Source: Lineus longissimus
Taxonomy: Eukaryota
Assembly (NCBI RefSeq): GCF_910592395.1
Contig: NC_088308.1
Span: 1,240,001 to 1,304,000 of the forward strand
Reading direction: 5' to 3'
Length of the DNA stretch: 64,000 nt
Shown: positions 13,501 to 24,823 of the stretch, piece by piece
Position numbering within the stretch: position 1 is the stretch's first letter
Layout: each line of letters starts with the position of its first letter
Made by a program: the position numbers and the translations under genes
Notes under the pieces: model-generated
The model's input: only the letters and a program-made list of their open reading frames with translations
Databases searched by the model: none
Told to the model about the DNA's origin: nothing

Positions 13501-14315
13501 ATGAAAATGGATATTACAACAGGTAAGGAAGTCTGCATATCTTATGCTAAAGCTTTTCACCCAAGTTCAGGACCTGGTTGTTCAAAACCAAATTTAGTCA
13601 CAAAATACGGGTTTCAACTTAACTTTGGCGTTATGTCCTTCACTTAAGCCCTAAGCATCAGGGTTAGTGACAAAACTTGTCATGAAAATGTCTCTTTCTT
13701 GAAGAAAATGATCTTACCTTAAATAGTAATACTTGCGTGTGTTCAAATTATGATTAACTTGCTTTCAGGTCAAAGGATTGGGGTTTGGCCATGGAGTGGT
13801 ATGAGAGATCAGTCGGACTCATCGAATCACAGTGTATCAATGAGACAGAGGAACCTCTTTATGCACTCAAGGCCAAGTTGGCTGACTTGTACAAATGTGG
13901 CGGATTCAATTTGAAAGCTGATCCACAGAAGTCAGGTATGTTGGTGCTCATTGATGCTTATTTACAGAAGCCATGGTGGTGTAGTAGCTTGGGTCTCTGA
14001 CTAGCAGCCATGGGGTCCCTGGTTCGATTCGTAATGTCGGCATGAGACTCTAGGTAAGTCTCTCCACCCAGGTGTATAAATGGGTGGCAGTCAGAAATGC
14101 CCAGGTTGTAGCACTGATTGAGCAGGTCATATGAGTTCTAGTGAAAGGTTTCACCATGGACACAATGCCTCCAAGTGTCTTTCATATCATTTGCTCTTCC
14201 TTTAGGTGACTTGTTCAACGAGGCAGCTGAGCTAGCCACAGAGCAGATGAAGGGGCGACTGGCTACGAAATACTTCATGCTCGCTGAGGAGGCGTACGGA
14301 GAATTGGAAGAATGA
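1594..14315 (+). CDS. EEF2K: Eukaryotic elongation factor 2 kinase (alpha-kinase + SEL1-like C-terminus), ~730 aa (761 with the optional exon)
   Basis: GT-AG exons in consistent phase: 1594-2157, 2355-2392, 3535-3709, 4803-4949, 5282-5542, 5842-6126, [10154-10246], 12606-12746, 13015-13203, 13407-13522, 13769-13935, 14206-14315. Motifs: CaM-binding WKRAF..DPWKEFHL, PFAHGAMRECFR, KYNSNSGFV, AFSHFTFE..LIVVDIQGVGDLYTDPQIHT, GNLGTRGM, C-terminal MKGRLATKYFMLAEEA. Confidence 0.96.
3980..4157. mobile_element. Tc1/mariner (pogo/Tigger-type) MITE in EEF2K intron
   Basis: TIRs CAGTAGAACCTCTCT...AGGGAGGTTCCACTG, flanked by TA on both sides; internal repeats of the TIR motif (tgtcct..tagagagg). Confidence 0.85.
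8481..8552. repeat. 22-bp tandem repeat x3
   Basis: g(c/t)gacatgggtctcatattgct repeated three times. Confidence 0.9.
10154..10246 (+). CDS. EEF2K: Putative 93-nt in-frame cassette exon of EEF2K (NGTPLSPRDSWTKMYGRFVVNDDEIYSPSRQ)
   Basis: ttttcAG acceptor, CAA|GTATGT donor, phase 0-0 matching the flanking exons, no stop, CpG-rich in an otherwise CpG-poor intron. Confidence 0.6.
13970..14090 (+). mobile_element. tRNA-derived SINE remnant
   Basis: A-box-like tggtgtagtag, B-box ggttcgattc, followed by ctccacccaggtgtataaatgggt, a central motif common in metazoan tRNA-SINEs. Confidence 0.6.
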
Positions 14316-16715
14316 GGGAAATGTATTGTGGAATGGTCTCTACGTATAAAACTCTATGACTGAAATCAAAGTTACACAAGTGTTAGACCCTGTAAAGATA
14401 TAAAGGTAGCTATGACAAGATAATCACTAAGGAGAGGTTGTGGAAATGGCCTCGAGGAAGTGTCATCCAGGACTGAAAGATTCTGTAAATAGTTTGAAAG
14501 CTAGCAAAGAGGAGATTGAAGTGCACTTTGAGAAAGGATGTGTGGACAAATACAGGAAACAAACCCACAATGAGATTGGTGAGGTATGTGTATGGTGTTT
14601 GTTTGAAAGGCTGTAGTTATTCACACAATGCTAGATGCTAGTTTATTTATCGATGACGGTTGCTTCTGTTTCTTGTCCCCTCTTTCACTGCCAAACGTGT
14701 TTGTCGACTAAAAGTTTTCAGAGATGGAGAACGTGTGGCATTGAATGAGTGACAGTTAGATGTAGATTGTGCTTGTGCGGTTCACCTGAAATCAGAGATT
14801 CTAAAGTTGTGAGTGTAAACTTCTCGTGAAGGATCCTGCTAGGATACTGAGTGTTACAACTGATTGTGCCACATGTACATGGTATTTAAGTTACACATCC
14901 GAGAATAACTTGATCGCAAAGGCATCCAATTGGCATCCAAAAGCTGTCAGTGATGTGATGATAAGCTACGAGTATAGAAGGCTTGCTTTGCCTTACATTA
15001 ACTTTGAGTCTGATGCCACTCGGTCATCACCCTGGAGCAAAAGCAACAGTTATGGCTCTGTCAAAAAATTCTTATCAGGGACTTCACATGATTTCCTTGT
15101 ATTCTGTTAAACAATTCGTTTGTGCCATGCATATTGGATCCGCACTTGTTTTTAACTGTGACGAATTCTGACCATTTGTTACCATCTGGAGTATAGTAAC
15201 GCTTTTATTTAGCTCAGGACTTTTTGAGATTCAGTCTTTGCATTTAAAATGGGGTTTTTTTGGTGTCCCCGTGTTAATTTTGTCTCCTGAGTTTGGTGCC
15301 TTCCTGTGCTTTTCTTAAACTGATTGTCAAGTTGTTTTTTGCATTGAAAACTTTGGTGTGACGTCTTCTTTTGTGAGGTTATGTTTTCCAAATCTGGAAG
15401 AATTTCATTATACTTAGTGATCCAGATGGCACCAAATAGTCAGGATCTCAAACTTAAACTATCCTGTTTTCCATTATAAATGAAGGCAGCTTTCACTCTG
15501 ATGAATCATAATATCGACAGATGTTGTCGAATTTCGGTTTTTTACTCAGGATAATCAAGTCTTTTCCTTTGTCGTATAAATCTCTCTGTTGACATAACTT
15601 AGGCACTCAAGTCTTTGTGAGCTTGAATCTAAGTGGAGTGTATTAAAGGCATACATGTAGAACCGGTTTTACCAGATGAGGAGAAACTTGACTTCAGTTT
15701 ACATTTTGAAACCTAAATATTTAAATCTTATTTTTACCTTCTTTTGCCAAGAGGAAAACTTTTTAGGGTTACCGGTATATTTCATAAATTTATGACATTT
15801 TTCTGTATATTCCAAATTTGATGTCATGAGTGATGAATAACAGTTTTAGTTTTCATAGAAATGAATGTCACAAGTCTGACTGATGAGTTTTAAAAAGTTC
15901 AGTTCAAAAAGCAAAGAAGATTTATCGGGCATTAAAAATCGATTTGAGGAATGAAGGTGCTGGCAAAGGACACTGCCTAAGTTGGACTCTTTTCGTATGT
16001 GGCTTACGATTCTCGGTGCCAGCACAACATCGCAGGGCCACACTGTGTAGAAAGATCACACTTTCATGACAATTCTGATGTGGCATGAGACAACAGTTTG
16101 AGTTGTTTAACTTTCCTGGGTTGTGATTGAGCTGAAGATCCAGTGAGTGTACATTTTGGCACTGTAGGGCCCTGCTGTTGAGCCTTGCACGAGAATGTCA
16201 AGTCCCATATTGTAATACTGTGATCGTGTACATAATGAGTGATCTGGCCGTACCAATTTTATCGCAAATTTCAACGGGCATTTCAGCCCTTTATATGGAT
16301 GAGGCTTCATCAGTTTTGAAAAAAAATTCTCTGAGAGTTTGACAAATATCTATGATTAGTTTTTTGCAGTGTATTTTAAAGCATAGTGACCTTTGGACCC
16401 CTGTGCTGGCTAGATTTCTTAACACCTGGTAGGCCGGCTTATGCCAGACATTTCCTCAGCTAATAGATCTGATGAAGTATAAAACTCCTAGGTTCTTTGT
16501 AAAGCTAGCAACCCAACCCTGCCAAAACAGAAATGATGCATGACAGGGAATTATAGGCAAAATGACTTCTTGAAATAACGTGGCAATGAAATTGATATGG
16601 CCTTTTGTATTTTCAAGTTAACTTTTAGACCATCAGTGTCAGTTTTTTACCCTGTTGTACTGCTTTTTATGGCAAGTTCAAAGTTGACCAGCTGATCTAG
16701 AATAGTCCATATTGT

Positions 16716-16789
16716 ACACATCTATTTACAGTGACCTACATGTACGTGTAAACACATCTATTTACAGTGACTTACATGTACGTGTAAAC
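16716..16789. repeat. 36-bp tandem duplication
   Basis: acacatctatttacagtgac(c/t)tacatgtacgtgtaa x2. Confidence 0.9.
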
Positions 16790-19700
16790 TGACAATGACT
16801 TGATGTTGTAAACATGTGAGCATTCATCGCTAGCTGACGAAAACATTAGCTGGTACTTTTAACAGAAACATGTCAGGTATCGACAGTCGTCATCTTGGCC
16901 TAGAAGTGACTTCTTGCCTTGGGTGCAGCTCTGTTCACATCACAATTGGTGTTTTTCTTGGTCCTTGACTTTACAGTTCCGGTAAGTTTGCGTTTAGTTG
17001 GCCAGGCTTTGATTTACTGCTCTACTTACTGTAGTGTTTCTGTTATAGAAATGTACATGTATCTAAATTTGCTGAACAACAGTGTACTATGGTTACTTTG
17101 AATACTACACTAGGTATAAACTCTTGACATACTCAAACATCATCAATATGTGTCCTAGACTCTGTATATATCGCTCATTCAAGTCGTACATGTATTCAGG
17201 ACAATCACAATGTGGAATATCGACTTAATGTCAAGTGCTGGGTTTTATTGGTCTGTTGAGTCACAAGATGCCGGATGACTTCTTCTCGACTCAGGAAGTA
17301 AAACGAGCAATTCGAGAGTGACAAATCGTTTTACAGTGTCCACTTGTCCTATTTCATTCCACAGCACCTTACTTCCATGTAGGCTGCATTCTTACTTCAT
17401 CAAATCAAACTCCCTTCATAGTGCTTGTAAGTGTGGATAGAGTTTCACATCAGTATTGTTATCTTTCTTCTTATAATAACTTAGTTCAAGCAGAACATCT
17501 TTTTTACCTTACATGTATATCTACTTTATTTTCCACCAGAAATGCACAGCGACACACTGCTGTGCAGGTGTAGGTACTTTATTCTCATTATGCACAGACC
17601 TCTGTGATCTTCTTTAAGCAGGTGTGTTTATTTGTCATAAAGTCTTCTGGAATCTTACACATTATAAGCTGATGTTAGGTTTAACTTTCTCCCAGCACCT
17701 GTAGTAGATAAGACATGGCATAATCTGTCAGTCTGTGACACAATCAGTACTCTTTCTTGTAGCATGGCACAGGGTTTCCGCTGGAAGGCTTACTTCATTG
17801 GCTTTTAGGGGCCCGACCTAGAAACTGGTTCATTTCATATATCCTAGAAACAGAATCATTTGAAATATCCCAGAAAGTTAGGAAATATGCAAGTCGTGTT
17901 TTCGATGTGATGTACAGAACTGTATTGCAGTTTGGTATGTATGAATTGGGAAAGGACATTCCGTAGATCGAGTTAGATCTTGGTAGTCTAAAATATCCTG
18001 GACTATGTTTGTTTACATTTGTGTCTGGGTTTAGGCAAGGATGTTTAATTTGAGCAAAGTTTGATTTTGTGGAAGGGCTGAAAATCTTTTGAATTTCTAG
18101 ATTGAGGAGAGCATAAATTCAGATGTGTTAAAGATTTGTGTTTATGTGGAATGTGTTTTTGTATTGTAATTCAAGACGGCACTTGGCTATTGTGGATAGC
18201 AATGCATAACATTATTGAGGAATTTATTGTAAGTTTTTCTTGTGTAATGAAAAGTGTACACATTATTCAAAAGTAGTTGTTGTACTTGGTTGTATCTCTT
18301 TGTATTTTTTGTATGGTTTAGAGGAACCGGATCCTGTAACAGTCAGTTGTTTTGTCAGTGCTGTATGAAGCTTATCATAGTGCTTGTCACCATGCTATCG
18401 CAACATCTATTCAGGTCATTTATATTTGCAAGTCGATAGACTTTTTTGTTTGGCTTCTTGAGAGTTGAATCCACCTTTCTGCCTTTCCATGACAAGAAAT
18501 GGTTGAATTTGATGATTTGTATGTTCTCTATATAACATGGAAAGCCTGGTTAAACTTTGAAATAATCATATGAGGTTATGATTACAATACTGTACATGCT
18601 AGCAGTATGAAGCTGTTATGATGAAATCAACTATTTGGACCCCCTCATTATCCTATAATCCTATTTACGAATGAGCAGAAATCAGTTCAGTATACTGTCT
18701 GAAAGCTAAAAGCTAGCTATAGTAATCTCACTGTTATAAGGCTGTGCCATCATAGTCACACCTGAAAAAATCAAACAGTCATATGATTCGAGAATTGTAA
18801 CACAAATTGTCAATATCAGCTTGTGAGTACATGTACCTATCAGCCATCAAAAGAGTTCAGTGCCAAGATAAAACCCTTCCTTACCACTGCAGCCCCTACA
18901 TAGTGTCTTCACTTCGTAGCCATTCTATGCATCCCTTTAGTCATTTAGATATCTACTTACATCACAAGGGGCTGGTTTTTCAAAGATCTAGCACGATACA
19001 TTCACCGAATAGGTCCTTGTGAAGGTCAGTTTGAGGAAATGTTGGTTTAGGTTATGACCTTGGAAGAACCCGCCCTGGTTGGGCATGAACCCTTATTTGG
19101 CATGTGCCTTGTTTTTGAACTGACCTTGGATTGCGATGACATATCATTTCCTTTCACTGACGGAATTCTTGTGGTTATGAGGCCAAGAATGTTATATTTT
19201 GGGGTGAAACCAAAAAGTAAAAAAAACCTTTAAAATCAGTGGGAATATGCCAGTCCTGATGGTACGTCCTCAACGTTCTTCAAAAATCTCATTTTGTAAA
19301 TAATCTTTCTTCAACATTTATCCTTGTATTTTCTAGTGTACGTCACATTTACACCATTGAATCGTATTTGTAAATAGTCCATCTTGTGTTAGTGCAGGGA
19401 GGTTCTAGGACTTGTGTTCCCATGGTCATTCATGGATACCATTTTCGCAAATCCATCTTTGAGAAAAAGATGCCCGATATTGATGCCTTGTTCATGTGAT
19501 TTCTTCTTGTTCATGTGAGTTCTGTGACTTCTTTTAAAAGAAAATAAGGGGTTCGAAAGGGTCAATTCAAGGCAAAGGAGTGGTAGAAACATGACATTAC
19601 AGTCTATTTTGCCATCTCATTGATCAAGCAGCACCCCTCATGGACCCCATTCATAATCGTAAGAAAAAGTGACCATGTGAACTGGGCATAAAATGGGCTG

Positions 19701-21336
19701 ACTTTATAGTTGATAGTCAACACTGTGTCATGTGTTATAAAATGTGTTATATGGCAGAATTGTACAATTTTTTAGGAGTTTATCCATCTTTTTCACAATT
19801 TTTGTATAACTTATAATACTGTGTGAACACAAGTGTTAAATCCATGGTAGGTTTAGTCACGAGCCATGTTTCATATCATTTGTTGTATGTCCTATTTGGT
19901 AGTTGGGTTCTATCTTACTGGCAGAGGTTGTGTTTAGTTCATGTTTATAACAGACTGGCAGTGATAAGTCACTTGGACAGAGCTGTATTTCAGAAAACAT
20001 AGCATCGCAAAGTGGATGACAATTTGATAACAGTGTCTTTGGAAATGATTGAATATAACTGTTGGTGTCCCAGTTGTATGGTTTCATCAATAAATAGATG
20101 ATTGTAACGTGCTTCATCCAGACTTGGTGAGAGCAGTGACTAACCTGCTCATGAAGCATTTGTTATCTTGTTACCTCCATGTATAATTCTGATGAAATAG
20201 TACAATGGGGACACTATGCATTCTTTGTGCTGGTCACACTGGATGCATATCAGTGTTAATTAACCTAGCTGTATGTGTGGAGAACATGCACAGGGTGGTG
20301 ACCTGTGGCCTAGTATATGAGAGAATGTGGGGGGGGGGTTGTCTCGTGCACTGTTAATGTTTACCACACATAGATCAGTTCCAACACTGGCGTATTTGTG
20401 GGTTGGTCCATATTTTTTGTGTGTGCTTAAAATTTGTCGCCAGCAAAAAGTTGTTTGATTGATCAACTTGAAATTAAGGATTATCAACAGGTTACAATAT
20501 AAATCCTTGGATACAGTGCTGTTAAATTGTTTTGTCCTAAGTCTTATCTAAGGGTATGAAGAACATATATTATTCATCTCTTCACTACTCTTACTTGTAT
20601 GTATTGCTATTAAATGTTTTCATGGTATTTTAGAGTCATCATCCATCAAGCTCATCTCAAAGAAACTTTGTAAATAATGCTGAAAAATTGAAATATATAT
20701 TGTTCAGATTACAGCTTCACTCAATAAAATTGGATACTGAAACTATATTTTCTTGTTGTGTTAGGTTTTTCTCTCATGTGTTTTGCAACTTTCAAGAAAT
20801 ATCGATTCCTTTGTTATTCAAGGACTTTGAGTCAGCAGTATTGCAGAAGCTTCAACCAAATTTCATATCTGGTCTTGGACTGTGGCCGCAGGTCAAGGAC
20901 TTGTACCCGCAGGTCAAGTTTGCCAGAAGTCGGCCCGTGATTTCTGGCATCAGAGGCAAGTTCCCCGAAATGAAACTTTTTGACCCACTGCCTGGGGAGT
21001 GTACAGTAAGGACGTAGTGAATCAGGCGACGTCTATCAGGGAATTCGGTTCTTTGTTGTATGAGTCTGATGCGTTGTCATAAAATAGGAAAATGGCCTAG
21101 ACTGGCTAGAGACAAGTAAGAAAGTGCCCCTGATTTTCGACCTTATCTTGGCAGATTCCATCCTGAGATACAGGTTTTTAGTACTCCTACATCTATATAA
21201 AAAAATATCAAGAGGTGGAGTATATTTAAAACCACTGATTACGTCAGGATGGGCAGATTCTGATTCAAAATTAGGTGGCATATTGAAACCCGTATGGAAA
21301 ACAAGATTATAAAATAAAGAAAAAAAATAAAACATT

Positions 21337-21418
21337 TGGCAGCGGTGGGATTCGAACCCACGCCTCCGAGGAGACTGGTGCCTTAAACCAGCGCCTTAGA
21401 CCGCTCGGCCACGCTACC
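21337..21418 (-). tRNA. tRNA-Leu (anticodon AAG)
   Basis: Reverse complement GGTAGCGTGGCCGAGCGGTCTAAGGCGCTGGTTTAAGGCACCAGTCTCCTCGGAGGCGTGGGTTCGAATCCCACCGCTGCCA: 82 nt, complete cloverleaf, long variable arm, downstream T-run terminator. Confidence 0.97.
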
Positions 21419-21937
21419 ATTGATATTAGATCATGAAAATATGTTGATTTTGATATAAAGCTGTGTCAGATATCGCAAGCGCGTCTTGTCGTGTTATAAT
21501 TGTGAAATTTTTAACCAAATATATTATTTATTTTATTTCTATTAGCAAATGTACTATAAAATAGTTACCAATTATTTGGTTATGAGTAGTCGAAGTGGCT
21601 AAATCCTGTACAATTTCTCAGATTGAACTTGGTCACGTGGGGTCATACTAATTCCCGACCTACCCCGACTTTTACCGACTTGCGGAAAATGCTGCCAAAT
21701 ATAGTTGTCGCTTCTTGTAAACTGTACATGCATGTGTCATGACACCTCTTCCTCCCTTCTACTCACTAAACTATGAGCAGACAGAATTGAACAGTCATAT
21801 TCAACAAGTCATTTATTTCAAAAGATATACATTAAATGCTACAAAATGAAATAATGAGACAACCCAGGGAGTACAAGTAAAAGTACAAGAGAAGAGTTGA
21901 CTCCTTCTCCTTCTACACCAAGTGCTGCATTTCGTAA

Positions 21938-22377
21938 AGCCCGCAGCACACTAGCCGCCAACTTTGGCGACAAGAAGCGTTCAGCTGACGCCTCTTGACG
22001 CCGAAGTTGGCGGCCAGTGGATCCCGGTCAGAGCACACCTGCCCAGAATCGGCGTCCAGTAGCGTCTTTTCCGCAACTTTAGGCTGCCATTTTGAAATCA
22101 TGTGACATCCAGACGCATACTGATTGGCCATAGCCTCGCCGCCGACGCCAATTCAGGCGGCAATCCGTAGCACACCTGGCTTCTTCTTCGTTCAAATGCG
22201 GCGACACGCGTCAAAAATCAAACATGTTAGATATTTGGCGTTTAGTTGCGGCAAGTGGCGGCAAGTCGCGTTCGCCGACGCCGTTCGAAGCAGACTAGGG
22301 ATTTGTCAGGCGTTCAGGACTCTTGAGGCAAAAAACGCCAGTGAACGCCGAAGTTAGCGGCTAGTGTGCTGCGGGCT
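21938..22377. mobile_element. PIF/Harbinger-type (Tourist-like) MITE nested in the MULE
   Basis: Perfect 21-bp TIRs AGCCCGCAGCACACTAGCCGC / GCGGCTAGTGTGCTGCGGGCT with 3-bp TAA TSD (21935-21937, 22378-22380). Confidence 0.88.
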
Positions 22378-22619
22378 TAAAGGGCTCCCGTTTTCTGCAA
22401 AATAAAGTTGATCAAAGTATTCATTTTCTGCCATGTCATATCTCAACCATCGGTCATAGTCATCCATGTAGATTTCTGCGCCCATATTGAAGGAAAACAT
22501 TCTGGTAGTATGAAAGTGGGGGACGTTGTGACTGGGGGACGTTATGACTGGACACCTCGGAGTTACATACATGTACCATCCATTCATTCAGTTAAAGGCC
22601 AAGTCCGTATGATCCCCGG

Positions 22620-23037
22620 AGAAAACTCATACCCGCCCTCCGCATTCACGTTTTCGAACCACAACAGAAACACGGACTCCCTCTCAAATGGACTAATAAC
22701 AATTGTGAAAGTATGAACCACGTCTTGAAACTCGCAATCAATTGAAAGCCGCAAAAGATTACCGACCTCGTGTCAAAAGTGCATGATATTGTACGGGTCC
22801 AATACAAGGACACGAGGAGAGCCCTGTATGGTGAAGGAAACTTCCAACTTGCCACAACCTTTTAAAAGCACCGCATTACTAAGGCAATATGGAGTACAAA
22901 ATCGGAGGAAGAGAAAGACGCTCTGTTCCTCAAGTTGATGAAACGAAAGAAAACGCATCACGAAAATGAGGCCTACATCACATCCACTAACGGACTTTCA
23001 ACGATACCAAGACCTTCGACACTCGCTCGAAAGCCGG
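22620..23037 (+). pseudogene. MULE transposase C-terminal remnant
   Basis: Frame reads KLIPALRIHVFEP..KWTNNNCESMNHVLKLAIN*KPQKITDLV..DTRRALYGEGNFQL..ARKP with two in-frame stops; TNNxxESxN is the MULE motif carrying the catalytic Glu. Confidence 0.8.
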
Positions 23038-23209
23038 TGTAATGTTTTTGAGTGTTTCTGTTTTTGAGTGTTTCCCCTCATTGTTTGGGAACGCTCAAAA
23101 ATAGATTGACAAGTTTTTCTGTGTATCCCCCCTATTGAAAAGTCGTGGTCTCTCTAGCTGCCTATTGTTTGGAAACACTGACACATGGGGAACAACCACA
23201 GATGTTACA
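23038..23209. mobile_element. Small TGTAA...TTACA element with CCGG TSD (Ginger1-like non-autonomous element)
   Basis: ccgg|TGTAA...TTACA|ccgg; truncates the transposase remnant. TIR identity beyond 5 bp is weak. Confidence 0.5.
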
Positions 23210-24823
23210 CCGGGACGCGAATTATACTTGGTTAGAAGGAATTGGGGAAATGATTTTTAAAAAATCGTCGATAAAATGCATTTACATCGTCTTTTGGCTT
23301 ACGGAACCTGCCTAATGCATTTCCACAGCTCAGCATATGTACATGTACAAGTATTTATGCTAAAGCAAATCCCACATTTTGACAATGCCTGTCATATTGA
23401 TCATTGACAGAACAAAGGTCTCGCTTGAGCAGATAACTAAGCCGGCCTGGTTCAAGGGGGTGCCCGGATGCTGTTACGTCAAATGTATTGTCTTTGGTCA
23501 TGATCGGTCGCGGTTGATTTGAACGCCAGTCGGTTGGTGTGTTATATGCGGAGAACATCGCGGGAACACTTTCTCCGATTTCAACCGTAAAAATGCCTTC
23601 AAATTTTCCGAAACAAATCAAAACGGCTGCAGCAGAAGGTAAGGCACAGTATCTATTCCTGATAAAGGTATGGGTTGGTTTCAAAATGTTTTTGTTGTAG
23701 AAATAGTCATACAATCAAGGCGCGGGAATGAACTGCGCAGTTTGAAATTTCAAGCCAGACATGTTGAATTATGTACATCACTGCACTTTATGTACATGTT
23801 CAACGGCAATTTTAATTGCCATTCCTAATCAAATACCATTTGCTCAAAGAAACTAAAGGCGCACGTCCAAGTCATGATGGTGAAGATGGAAGTGATCATA
23901 TTAAATCTGCGAAATCCCATCACTGCTCTTCTATCCTGTGATGTGGAAATCTCCACTGAATTCATGAAGGTTTATCTAATTATATATGTAAATTGACGTA
24001 AACAGTTTTAAATTCAACAACAATTCATTTGGCGGCCACTATCCCGACTGTGGTGTAGCACCCGACTATAACTGGCATGAAAAGGGGATACGCTGGTTAT
24101 GGATGTCAGATCGTGGTTCCCTGACCTTTGCAAACAATTTCACTGGACGTAACCCACGCGGCGACACCGAGGACCGCTGGCTGATCTATTGATATGTTCG
24201 TAGTAGGGTGTCAAAGTCGGAGAGAAGAAGAGCCACTCTTCTCTTGTAGGGGGTCCATTTGGAAGTGTTTGCATTTGTTAGCCTATAAACACAAGATTTT
24301 AATCCTTCAGTCTTGGGTTTGGCGGAGAGAACTAATCTTACATAAGTCCCAGAACAATATCATATGTCTTTATGGCAATATTTATTACTGGGACCCAGTA
24401 CCGTGCCGTTCTATCCAATATTCCTGGGGCTGTTGGAGAGGCTTCTTGTCTAAACAGTGCCATTCTGCCCCCTCTAAGGCATGTTGGTAACTAATGAATT
24501 GACTGCGAAATGAAAGCAGGTGAAACACAAGGTGTTAATTCTTCAGTCTTGGGTTTGGTGGAGAAAACTAATCTTACATAAGTCCCAAAATTCCCAAGAT
24601 TTTCTCAACTTAGCATCGTTCAAAAGTCTTGAAATTAACAGACGTGCTGTATATGTACTGTATGTAAACAGTACAAATGTAAAAACACTATATTTTGGCA
24701 GCATTTTCCGCAAGTCGGTAAAGGTCGGGGTAGGTCGGGAATTAGTATAGCCGGTCACGTGGTTGGAAGCCGGTCCCGAATCACGCCGTAATTTTGCCAT
24801 CTGTTCCAAATTTCTGCCAAAAT

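Larger units (their letters stand above)
21641..24752. mobile_element. Non-autonomous Mutator-like element (MULE), 3112 bp, with nested insertions and cargo
   Basis: ~65-bp TIRs (gg..atactaattcccgacctaccccgac...gcggaaaatgctgccaaaatatagt and its reverse complement at 24687-24752), 10-bp TSD GGTCACGTGG (21631-21640 / 24753-24762), internal transposase remnant. Confidence 0.9.
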
